Shown here: positions 53,513 to 64,000 of the stretch, in pieces | How the letters are laid out: each line of letters begins with the position of its first letter | Numbering within the stretch: the first letter of the stretch is position 1 | Origin: Octopus vulgaris | Lineage: Eukaryota | Length of the DNA: 64,000 nt | Direction of reading: 5' to 3' | Assembly: GCA_951406725.2 (NCBI GenBank) | Contig: OX597814.1 | Location: forward strand, 134,602,001 to 134,666,000 | Position numbers and translations under genes: made by a program | Notes under the pieces: generated by a model | Seen by the model: the letters and a program-made list of their open reading frames with translations, nothing else | Told to the model about the DNA's origin: nothing | Databases searched by the model: none

Positions 53513-54061
53513 CCTTCTTCAGTTGTCCCTGTTTCAACTACTCTGCATTTCAAAGGTAAGGACAAGGCGCGACTATCTCTCTCCCTCTCGTTCTTCATCC
53601 TTTCTGGTTTTCTCCTCCACCCTTCCCTATTCTCCTCTCCTCTTCACCGTTCCCTCTCTCTCACTCCTCCTCCTCCTCGACTCTCTCGTGGCTGACACGT
53701 GACGAAAGAGAATCTACCTTTCTATCCACAACCTTTGTAAAGACAAAACGCGCTTACACTGTCTCCTTTATAAGCCCGTCTTCCTAAGCATTTATAATTA
53801 TTTTTCTATCGTCTTGGCTTAACAGCCCTCACTGTTTGTTTTTACTGTTTTGTTCTCATTGTTCTATTTTTACTGTTTTTACTTTTTTATTGTTTTCACT
53901 GTTTTGTTCTCACTATCCTGTTCTTGTTACCACTTTCACCCTCCACAAAAAATCCCAAATTTCATTTAATTTGCTTTGCGGGAAGGACTGTTTCAACAGA
54001 GTCGCGTCTTGTCCTTACCTTCGAAACATGGAGTAGTTGAAATAGGGACAACTGAAGAAGG
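53513..54061. mobile_element. Foldback/MITE-like element with ~60-bp terminal inverted repeats
   Basis: CCTTCTTCAGTTGTCCCTGTTTCAACTACTC..AAGGTAAGGACAAGGCGCGACT (53513-53574) is inverted at 54000-54061. Confidence 0.75.
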
Positions 54062-54334
54062 GGAATATTTTTTATGTTGTATGTCTCGCTTCTCTATTTG
54101 TTTTCTTTTCATTGTTCGAAAAAAATGTTTGTTTCTATGTTTTTGTTTTTTCTTTTCTCATTGTGTTCAACAATTTTTTGATGTCCTGTACCCATATATG
54201 CATGTATATATACATATATATGAAGGTATGTACATATATGTGTGTATATATGCATATATTTATGTAATATTTATATTATTATATGATTGAACACCAACAT
54301 CCTTTTCCAAGTAAGTTTTAACTATATATATATA

Positions 54335-55632
54335 TACAGGGGGGGGGGAAAGAAACCAGGCTTTTGCAATATTATTTTATTCACCAAGTTTTATATGTTT
54401 ACACTTTTACTGCCTTCAAAGTATTCTCCATTTGAAGCAATGCCTCAGTCCAAATGCATTTTCCACTGTTCAAAGCAGTTCGGGAACTCTTGCAAAGTGA
54501 TGTTTGTTAACGTCTCTGTCGTTTTTTTCTTCACCTTTTCTACATCTGCAAAACGTTTTCCTTTAAAGATATTTTTCATTCAGAGGAATGAAAAAAAAGT
54601 TGCATGGGGCAAGATCAGTGGAATAGGGAAGATAGGTAAGCGGAGTCATGCCATTTTTGTTTAAAAACTGTCTCACACTCAAAGCAGTGTGCACAGGCAC
54701 ATTGTGATGAAACCACCACTCTCAACTTGCCACAGGTTGGGGCGTTTTTGTCTCAGTGTTTCGCTGCATCTTGAAAATGCTTCAAAACTGCTAAGTTAAA
54801 TGTCTGGTTAACAGTTTGACCAGGAGGAATGAATTCTGTGAGGACAATTCCTTTTGCATTGATGAAACAAATCAGCTTCACCTTGACATTGGACTTCACC
54901 TGATGCACTTTTTTGGCTTGTGGTGACATCAAATGGGTCCATTGACTTGATTGCTGCTTTGTTTCCAGGTCATAGCTGTAGCAGCAACTTTCGTCACCAG
55001 TAATGACCTTTGAAAAGAGGTCTGGATCAACTTTCAACTGTTCTTTCAGTTCATGACATGCATTCAGTCATGACTGCTTTTGATCTTCTTTGAGTAAGCA
55101 AGGCACAAATTTTGCTGTACCTCTTGTCATTTGCATTTCCTCACTCAGGACACACCAGTCATATAAACAATTTCGTCAATTGTTCAACAACAGTTTTCCA
55201 AGATCAGTTCATGAATTTTCATTTCTTCAGGAGGTTGACGGTGGCCCTGAATGAGGTTGGTCTTCAAGTGACAAGTGACCATTCCTAAAGCGTAAAAACC
55301 ACTCATAAACTTGTGTTTTGCTTATGGTAGCATCCTTGTAAACTGTTTGAGGCATGACAACTGTTTCAGCTGCTGCTTTCCCCAGCAGAAAATAGAATTT
55401 CACAGAAGCATGCTGTTCCTTCATTTCAGCCATTGCAAAAATCGACAAACAGGGGAGAAGCACTGCAAAACAAAGACACACCACATGGCAATGTGATTCC
55501 AGTGGATAACACCGGCTGACAGGTTGATGCCTGAGGGTCACATCAAGTGACTTCTATAGGCGGAGCCTGAACTACAACAAGTGTGTCCCACAGAGAGCAT
55601 TTCCAGTTACTTTTAGGCATCTTCCTCTATAT
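54335..55632 (-). mobile_element. Degenerate mariner transposon, near full length
   Basis: KEQHASVKFYFLLGK..QVYEWFLRFRNG..EDQPHSGPPST (HTH) and VITGDES..YDLETKQQSSQW; flanked by TA runs. Confidence 0.9.
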
Positions 55633-55635
55633 ATG

Positions 55636-56340
55636 TGTAGTGAATCTTGCATGCATGAAGTGGATTCAATCCACCACAGCCAAATTTAAATTAACGCTGC
55701 TACAGAACTTTTCCCACGATGGAACAATGGTTTTTCTCTGACAGCAGTATTTACATTTTCCAGATGCTTTTAGCTAGGCTGAAATAATATCTTCACCATT
55801 TGACCCTTTCTAACCTCTTCTACTTTACCAAAAGCTAGAATAGAGATAACAAGACCACCAACTAAATCTATTGTTCTCAATGGTATGTCTATCTTTCTGG
55901 ATAGTTATATAAGCAAGCATACCACAAGTAAAAATCAGTTAGTCACTGTGGTGACAACAAAGTCTAGCTGACCAGCTAGAACATTGGTCAGAGGGAGAAA
56001 TGAAGTTTACTGCCAGCAACTGTGAGACAACATTCCACACTACACAATTCTCTCTAGCTCTAATTCTGTCCCTTACAACGTCATTCTATCTCTCTCGGTA
56101 ATTACTACTACTAAACAATGAAGAGGACATAAGCACAAACTTTACTTCGCATGCTTTGGATTTACCATAACCTGTCCGTCGAGGCAAGGTAGTTGTAACA
56201 TAACGGTAAATATATATTTCCTTAAAACATCATGCATTGTTCATTTTTCACATCCTACAACATACAACTGCTCTCTCTGATAAATCATAATATCGTTAGC
56301 TAATAAATTTCTACTGTTACAATTGGTGACCCTCGACTTG
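55636..56340 (+). mobile_element. LTR with primer-binding site
   Basis: TGTAG start; AATAAA then ...GTTACA (56321); TGGTGACCCTCGAC at 56324 is approximately complementary to the tRNA-Trp 3' end. Confidence 0.6.
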
Positions 56341-56387
56341 AACCAAAGACTTTGTCGTTACAACTAATTGCCATTACATATGCTTAT

Positions 56388-56625
56388 CTATGTGTGTGTG
56401 TGTCTTTGTGTCTGTGTTATCCCTCACAATAGTTTGACAACCAGTGTTGGTGCGTTTACATCCCCCATAACTTTGTGGTTCAGCAAAACAGATCGATAAA
56501 ATAAGTGCCAGGCTTAAAAATAAAAGAAAGTACTGGGGGTAATTCACTTAACTGAAAATTCTTCAAGGTGGTGCTTCAGCATGGCTGCAGTCTAATGATT
56601 GAAGCAAGTAAAAGATAAAAGATAC
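56388..56625 (+). mobile_element. SINE 3' portion
   Basis: Same tail as 42710-42912 (GGTGGTGCTTCAGCATGGCTGCAGTC..GAAGCAAGTAAAAGAT). Confidence 0.8.
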
Positions 56626-57090
56626 ACACACACACACACACGTATAACATGATGGAAAAACTCGTATGATGATCACTTTGCATGGACTATGACTAAGTAT
56701 GCAATTCAGTTTTTGTTGGACCTCAGTCTAGTGGATGACACATTTACATTTCAAAGACAACATAAGTTTGTGCTATTTTTATATTCTCTTATCTAGAATT
56801 TGTTTAAAAATACAGCATGTTGCACATATATATCATCATATCTTACCTATCATATAATAACATGAAGCATTGAACTTTAAATTCATGCTACCTACATTTC
56901 TCAGCATTAATTTTTTCAGCTTGTGATCCAGTAACTATTGTACCTATCTATTCAGGTGTGTGTGTGTATCTGTGTTGGTTTGTATATCTTTTGTTGTCCT
57001 TTGCTAGACATGAGTAAAAAGAAACATATCGCTTATAAGCTTCATCTTCAGTTTCAGAAGATCACACTGTTATCGCATTGCCAGGACTGC

Positions 57091-58950
57091 ATCTAGTAAC
57101 ATATGGTTTGCCCAGGGCACTTTTCGATGATGAAGGTGGCATTATAGGCGTTGGTAGAGGCAAAGGTGTCTCTGTAGGTGAATGTGTTGTCAAAAGTGCA
57201 TAGGTGGGTGTGGCAGCAGTGTCATCAAAAGATGTAGACACCTCAAAATGTGCTTTTTTTAGTCAGTCCACAGAAACGGTCTCTGTACGACCATTTACCT
57301 CGATGGGGAAAACTTTGGGTGTGTGAGAAAGTACACAGAAAGGTCCTTTATAAAGAGAAACAAGAGGTCCCTTGACAGAGTTGTCTCGAACAAAAACATG
57401 CAACCAAGAGTCCATATCCGGTGGGACATGAGAGGGTGGAGATTGTTCCTTGGAAACCATGGGTGGAAGATTTGAAAAATAAGTACGAAGTCTGGCGACA
57501 TAATATGCCGGATCAGGGAGCTGTAAAGTGTCTGGCACCAACATCGTACTAGGCAATGCCAGTGTGGTACCACACAGTAGCTCTGCAGAAGAAAAACTCA
57601 GGTCTGTCTTGACAGCAGCACGACAACCAAGAAGCACAATTGGCAGAAATTCAGTCCAAGACTAGATCTGCAGAGGCATGATGAGCAGCCTTGAGCTGTC
57701 TATGGAACCGTTCAACTAATCAATTGGAAGCTGAATAATAACTGGTAGTGTGAATGTGATGCACACCTAGAATACATGACAATTCACCAAATAACGAAGC
57801 TTCAAACTGACGTCCACAATCAGTGGTTAATCTGGACGGAACTCTGAAATGAGAAATCCAGTTAGAAACAAAAGCTCGAGCAACAGACTCAGCAGAAATA
57901 TCTGCTATTGGAATGGCTTCGGGCCAGCGGGAGAAGCGATCGACACTGGTTAAAAGATAAGAAAACCCGCGACTCATAGGCCGCGGTCCAGATCAATATG
58001 CACTTGACGAAAACGGGCCTCCATAGGAGGAAAATGTCTGAGCAGGGCACAAACGTGCCATTGAATCTTGGACCGTTGGCACTTGGAGCAAATGCGTGTC
58101 CAAGAGGTAATAGTGCGATGCATTTTCAGCCAGTCTGTCAAGGGACCTCTTGTTTCTCTTTATAAAGGACCTTTCTGTGTACTTTCTCACACACCCAAAG
58201 TTTTCCCCATCGAGGTAAATGGTCGTACAGAGACCGTTTCTGTGGACTGACTAAAAAAAGCACATTTTGAGGTGTCTACATCTTTTGATGACACTGCTGC
58301 CACACCCACCTATGCACTTTTGACAACACATTCACCTACAGAGACACCTTTGCCTCTACCAACGCCTATAATGCCACCTTTATCATCGAAAAGTGCCCTG
58401 GGCAAACCGTATGTTACTAGATCAGGCAGAACTGTTCACTGGCCCAAGAAACTTTCAAAAACAATTTGTATTTGACATTCTCTTTTTCTCCTGATCAATT
58501 TCATGTTTTTACTCTTGGACATTTTGTTAAGAAAAAAAAACAACTTTGTGCATGTTATTATTATTTTTTTTTTTGCATTCACAGTTATTTCTGTTGTCAT
58601 ATTGTGTGCCACATCTGGGTGATCGGTAGCCATCTTGTTTTCTGGATCCACTACAATCTTTCGTACTCGATGGGGAGCCTTGTAGTGACACCATTTTGGA
58701 AGTCTTCAGCATGCATGTGCAGAGTTGGATTCTTCTGGGAGGCCTGCCAGAAGATCCCTCATGCACAAATGCAGAGAACTAGTAGCAGCAAAACTTCTCA
58801 TGTATCGCGCTCTCTCGAAGCTGACAGTCGAATAGAATGGACGCATTCTCACAACTCTCCCTAGCTGTCATCACGTGTCGATGCTACACTATGCTAGAAT
58901 GAGGCAGGATTTGGTTCACACCACTTAACTACAGTGACTAGCTCCATGGC
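57091..58950. mobile_element. Rearranged Ty3/gypsy remnant: inverted integrase, duplicated 3' segment, PPT and start of 3' LTR
   Basis: Minus strand YLLTSVDRFSRWPEAIP, TTDCGRQFE, TTSY, LYKGPF; plus-strand copy continues to TRSGR; GGGGAGCC-TGTAGTG at ~58672-58687. Confidence 0.88.
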
Positions 58951-59159
58951 TACCGGTTCACCCTGAAGGATATATATATATATATACAAATTGAGATAGG
59001 GGTTGTAAATGCAACCCTGCATATACATATATACATATCCAAGTATGCACCTGCGTGCTCATATGTGTAATAAAAACATACATCTGTACATCCACCCACG
59101 ATCATACCTATATGTACAAAAACATACATATGTACACATACACATTTTCACACACCTAC

Positions 59160-59472
59160 AGAGGTTACTATTAATTTAGAATAAGTTTATTAATTATAAA
59201 TTAAATTAATTATAGATTAGTAAGTGCCAAATAAACAAAAATAAATAATTAAATAAATAAATATGAATATATATATATATATCCATGTATAGATAAATAG
59301 ATAAATAAAATGGAATACAAATTAAGGGGGGCACAAAGATAAACCTAATATAGTAAGTATAAGTGGATAGAGGTTACTATTAATTTAGAATAAGTTTATT
59401 AATTATAAATTAAATTAATTATAGATTAGTAAGTGCCAAATAAACAAAAATAACTAATTAAATAAATAAATA

Positions 59473-59503
<31 letters not shown>

Positions 59504-59590
59504 CCATGTATAGATAAATAGATAAGTAAAATGGAATACAAATTAAGGAGGGCACAAAGATAAACCTAATATAGTAAGTATAAGTGGATA
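59160..59590. repeat. Tandem duplication, 2 x ~210-220 bp, AT-rich
   Basis: AGAGGTTACTATTAATTTAG...AAGTATAAGTGGATA at 59160 and 59369; the copies differ mainly in (TA)n length. Confidence 0.95.
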
Positions 59591-60431
59591 CGCCGGAGTG
59601 CACCCAGAGTGTGCAGATATATATTTAAATATATATATGTGTGTGCGAAAGTTCCCTGACACAGTATAGGAAAGTGTATTAATATTTATGCGTATATGTG
59701 GATGTGCGTGTGAGTGTGTGTGTTAGTGTTAGACACTGCTGCCTGTACTGATTTGTCTATAAGCCATGCGATGACAGACATGCACTCTGAAATTTATTGA
59801 ATGTGTAGAGATGTGTCGGGGTGTATTCATGTGTATGTGCATGTGTGTGTGAGTTTCTGTGTGGATGTGTGGGTTTAGGGTTAGATGTGGATGTGTATGT
59901 TTTGCTTGTGCGGTGTGGTGGAGGTCGGGCGGCTCTCAATTGACCAACCGTGAGGAAGATAATGATAATTTTAAATTCAAATCCAATAGTGTATTTATGT
60001 CATAAGGAAAATTACTAACTGGAACCCGGACATACATATATACCGCTCTGGATCCTAATGTAAGCGTTATTAATAATATTATGAATGATAATAATGGTAA
60101 CATTAATGGTATTGACAACGATAATGATTGCTAACTTTAATGACGCTTTAGAAATTATTATGAAGTAATATAATGTACTATTGACTATGTATATTTGCAT
60201 CTAGGTAGTAACTTGTGTATGTTTATTATCACAATATTAAGTTGAAAAACTGGGACATTGAATGTGGAACACATATATATGTTTACTAATTTATATTTAT
60301 TTATATCATTATGTATATGTATATTTTTATATGTGTAAGAGTGTGAGTATATGCACTCATATGTATATGTATATGTTGTATTATGGGTATGCACCCACAC
60401 CCATGTGGGTATATATGTAGACTGATTTATA

Positions 60432-60569
60432 TTACATAATCTCCGAAGAGGCCTTATGATATTTTTGTAAATGTCTCATTTATATCTATATATTGACCAA
60501 CCATAAAGGGCTAATATTGGTAAAATGAGACATACTTATCTACATGGTCGAAACAGCTGTAAGATGTAA
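60432..60569 (+). ncRNA. Type I hammerhead ribozyme (Penelope/retrozyme-like) with extended stem II
   Basis: TTACAT(AAT)CT-CCGAAGA-GGCC...GGTC-GAAA-CAGCTG-TA-AGATGTAA: stem I, core variant, stem II with inner ATGTCTCATTT/AAATGAGACAT pairing, and palindromic stem III. Confidence 0.7.
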
Positions 60570-60794
60570 TCTATACTTATATTTATATTTACTTATATTT
60601 ATATTCTCTTTTATATATATTCTACTTATTATACAACATTACTCTTTTATGTACATTCCTTTATGTACACTGATTTGTTCTGCTTTTTATATTTAACACT
60701 ACAGTCTCTTATGTGGTGGTTTAATAAAGTATGTGATTGAGTATCATCTGGTAATTGATATTTGATTTAGATGTATTTCTCCATTTTCTTATCT

Positions 60795-60796
<2 letters not shown>

Positions 60797-60836
<40 letters not shown>
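60797..60836. repeat. (TA)n microsatellite
   Basis: About 20 TA units. Confidence 0.95.
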
Positions 60837-60839
<3 letters not shown>

Positions 60840-61129
60840 CGAATCCAGAAAAATAAAAATATTTATGTTGTTGAAGATATTCGAAGTCTTGGCTTTTCCT
60901 TCGACAAATAATTTAATGTAAGGGATGAGACCTACACCCCTCAAGTGTTACAGACCTTTCATCCTTTGTTACACCACTTTATTTATTAGCTTGCATATAA
61001 TCTCACTATATTTCTTATGTATCTGTTATTTACCCTGGACACACTGTATGGAATTTCTCTTGCCTTCTTGTACAGTCCTTTCCCTGATACTATAAAGGTT
61101 CTGATTTTCTAATTACTTACTAAATCTTT

Positions 61130-61680
61130 TGTCTCTGTAAAGTTTACTTTAAAGCCCTTCAGTTCCAGGTTTTGCTTCTAAATCTGGAATTTTTGCTTCA
61201 ATTCCTCGATAGCTTTTGCAATGAAGGCTGTCAATATATAGGAGATCCCAAGAGCAGCCAGTCTTAAATTCCTCTATTATGGCTTTGAGGATTCTAATGA
61301 ACAGGAGAGGACTGAGCCATGATGAAGCCCTACTTGTACACTGAATTCGTCACGGAGTTCATTGTTGACTGAACCTCTATACATGGATTGCACTGCTCTC
61401 ACAAAGCTTTCGATTTACTCTTAGTTTCCTTAACAATCACCAGATCTCAGAGTGTGATACTCTGTCAAAAATCTTCTCTTGATCAAGTATTACTCCTAGC
61501 TATGTTTTTCTTCTGAAATACTTTCACTCAGAATATAACATCAGAAGTACCTCTTCCTAGGCTGAAGCTGAACAGCATCTCACCCAGATTAAACCTGTTA
61601 CAAATCAGTTTTGAAATAACACGTTCTGTAACTTTCATAACCTGTTCTAACAGTTCTATACCTCTGTAGTTTCCTCTCAC
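61130..61680 (-). mobile_element. Highly decayed RTE RT fragment
   Basis: Recognisably similar to 41580-42140 (GGAGATCCCAAGAGCAGCC, AACAGGAGAGGACTGAG, ATACCTCTGTAGTT). Confidence 0.7.
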
Positions 61681-61689
61681 ACTTATACA

Positions 61690-62130
61690 TATAAATTGTT
61701 AAAAAATTTTGGTTTCTTCACCACCATTGAAACACATCTTGAAACAGTCAATTTTTTTCACGTAACCTTGAACCTATAATACTCCACTCACAAATCATTT
61801 ATGAAACCCACTGAATGACTATAATATATAACTAATTCCTCAAGCCACTAAATTAGTAATTTAGAGAACAATGTTTCACTGGGACTATCAGTTCTTTCTT
61901 CTAATGAGTGTATTCAATGATATTTCTAGCACGATACTTGTGCTACTGGTGGATGCTGCAAAAAAGTCAAATCCATCTGGAAGACAATGACAAACCCCAC
62001 TGGAAAAGAGAAAAAAAAAGGAACTGAAACAGTAACAAAGTCTGCTTGAATCTACCATTCCAAATATTTCTTTAAACAATTAAATACACACTTCCTAACA
62101 ACAAGCAAATATCGCATTCTGGTAAATCAT
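61690..62130 (+). mobile_element. Decayed Penelope-like RT fragment
   Basis: Approximate translation VNFF.VTLNL...FMKP....YI..SSSH resembles the PLE FLDVTLNL..Y.KP..SNHP region. Confidence 0.4.
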
Positions 62131-62409
62131 AAAAGTCACACCATCATCAATGCACATATATAAATGTGCTTATGTAAGTATAAGATTACTGGTGATATGT
62201 GTGTGTATGTGAGTCAATGCAGGTATTTAATGTGTGTGTATATTTGAGTGTACATGTATGTATGTATATATGTATGTATGTCATTATTCAGTTTATTTAA
62301 AGATTTCTTGCCAATAGAGAAAGGATCAGTTTTTAACCTAGATCCAAGGCTCCTTCATTGGAATTTCAACAAAAACAACAGGGTATTTTTGTTTGTATGT
62401 ATATATGTC

Positions 62410-64000
62410 AGGTCACTTTCGAGTGCTACTGGTAACATGTAACCCAGTACAACCTGTTGCATGGTCGGGTCGTCGGTGACTAAACTGGCAACCCCACCAA
62501 GCTTGCTTGGTGAGGAGGGTGTTTATTGGACACCCTGCGGGATGAAAAACAAAACCCGTCAAAGGGCGGAGGACCTCTTGAGAGTCAACGGCCATCCAAT
62601 AAATGTTAGCACGGGTACACAGAAATTCCAGGATGGTGCCCGGCATGCTGAAAGACCACTGGGAGTGAGGTGCCCCTCAGCTTTTGTTAAAGCATGTCTC
62701 TAGGAGAAGGTCACTCTGATATAAAACCAGATATGCAGGGAATGGCATTGGACATTTTGGGGATCTTTGGTTTGTGCTAGAGATCACGGCGCTCCCACAT
62801 CCCTGAGCCTGTGACTCATATTGGCACCAGACATCATGCTCTGGCTTGTCTCTGGATAATGTCAATAAAGTGGAGAGGGTCTGTGAGGTGTTGTGCAAGC
62901 CTTATTGAACCTAAAACTCTGCACAGGCATTGCCGACCTCTGCTCGATATGTGCATTTTTTTTTCTATATATATTTATCTTATTTTTAGTATATATTTTC
63001 TTCATTTTTAGTATATATTTTAATTTTTTTTATTCAGAAGTCCTGCAGCGATGGGAAGGTGATGAAGCATGCAGACCTGACGGGTTGGAAGCATGTAGTC
63101 AGCGACCAGCACGTAGGCAGCCTATGCTAGATATAAAGTCGTCTCCTTGTTGCCCAAGACAGCAGTAGGATTCGGTTGCTGCATGGGTGTCTGAGCAGCT
63201 CCATTTGGAGAGGGCACTGCTCACCCGGAGACCGGGGAGGTTCTAGAAAAGGTGAACCAAAAATTGCCTGTCTTTCCATATCTGATCAGTTTAGTGCGAC
63301 TGATGGATGTCCACCCTGCGCTCGAAAAACAAAGAGTCTTTTATCTATAAAATCTGGACGGAACTTAAACATTTCATGTTGGAATGTGCGCACTCTGTTG
63401 GACAACAAGAGTGATTGCAGGCCTGAAAGATGCACCGCACTTGTTGCTCATGAGCTGAACCATTATAAAATTGATATAGCTGCACTCTCAGAGACTCGTA
63501 TAGAAGGTGATGGTCAGCTTGATGAAGTAGGAGATGGATACACCTTTTTTTGGAAAGGAAGGCAGAAGGAGGAGCGCAGAGAGGCTGGTGTTGGTTTTGC
63601 AGTCCGATCTGATATCCTTAAGAAGTTGGAAGAGCTCCCTGTTCGTATAAATGAATGTATAATGACGCTATGGTTGCACTTGAAAGGTAAGCGGTTTGCT
63701 ACTTTAATAAGTGCCTATGCACCTACTTTGACTAGCTGTGATGAAGATAAAACAATCTTTTATACCCAGCTGAGAGCCATACTTAGAAAAATCCCCAATT
63801 CTGATAAAGTCATTCTACTGGGGGATTTTAATGCCAGGGTTGGAACAGACTGGCAAACATGGAACTCTCTAGGACGTTTTGGAGTAGGGAAAATGAATAG
63901 CAATGGTCTCACGCTACTGGAGCTTTGCGAAGAACATGGACTTTACATTGCAAGCACTCATTTTGTGCACAAAGGTGATCACACAACAACATGGATGCAT
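62410..64000 (+). mobile_element. RTE (BovB-like) LINE: 5' UTR and start of ORF, continuing past the window end
   Basis: GC-richer structured leader, then an AP-endonuclease domain. Confidence 0.88.
63137..64000 (+). CDS. RTE endonuclease/RT ORF, 5' part (open to the window edge; start codon not defined)
   Basis: Manual translation shows no stop for 288 codons: CWNVRTLLD, DIAALSETR, GVGFAV, ISAYAPT, ILLGDFNARVG, NSNGLTLLELC, TTWMH. It is absent from the ORF track, probably because it is truncated by the window edge. Confidence 0.85.

Noticed and set aside
55636-58950. A single intact LTR retrotransposon spanning both LTR-like segments
   Set aside because: The two LTR-like sequences share only the first few bases, gag/RT are missing, and the integrase is inverted.

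Overview
Eukaryotic, AT-rich, repeat-dominated DNA. The SINE and RTE families look like those of coleoid cephalopods (Octopus); this is recognition from the sequence, not a database result. I found no convincing host protein-coding gene. (1) 1-25,960 is a tandem array of about 59 units (~493-bp long and ~274-bp short monomers). It has a near-perfect ~2,524-bp six-monomer higher-order repeat up to ~12.5 kb and diverged, shuffled monomers beyond that. Each monomer reads on the + strand as a cassette of three tiny exon-like segments (31, 29 and 55 nt) between GT..AG intron-like segments (67, 84 and 227 nt). (2) 25,960-32,800 continues on the same strand with older, patchwork-duplicated micro-exon/short-intron modules and one internally deleted piggyBac. 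Together these suggest a large, highly spliced, probably non-coding transcription unit whose internal exon cassette was amplified into a satellite; this is the main candidate novelty. (3) 33,400-64,000 is a transposon graveyard: two CR1/L2-type LINEs, several RTE LINEs (the last with an uninterrupted ORF running off the window), Penelope remnants with hammerhead-ribozyme motifs, mariners, a non-autonomous Helitron, tRNA-derived SINEs, and a gypsy integrase with a 289-bp inverted duplication. Coordinates were read by eye and may be off by a few bases.
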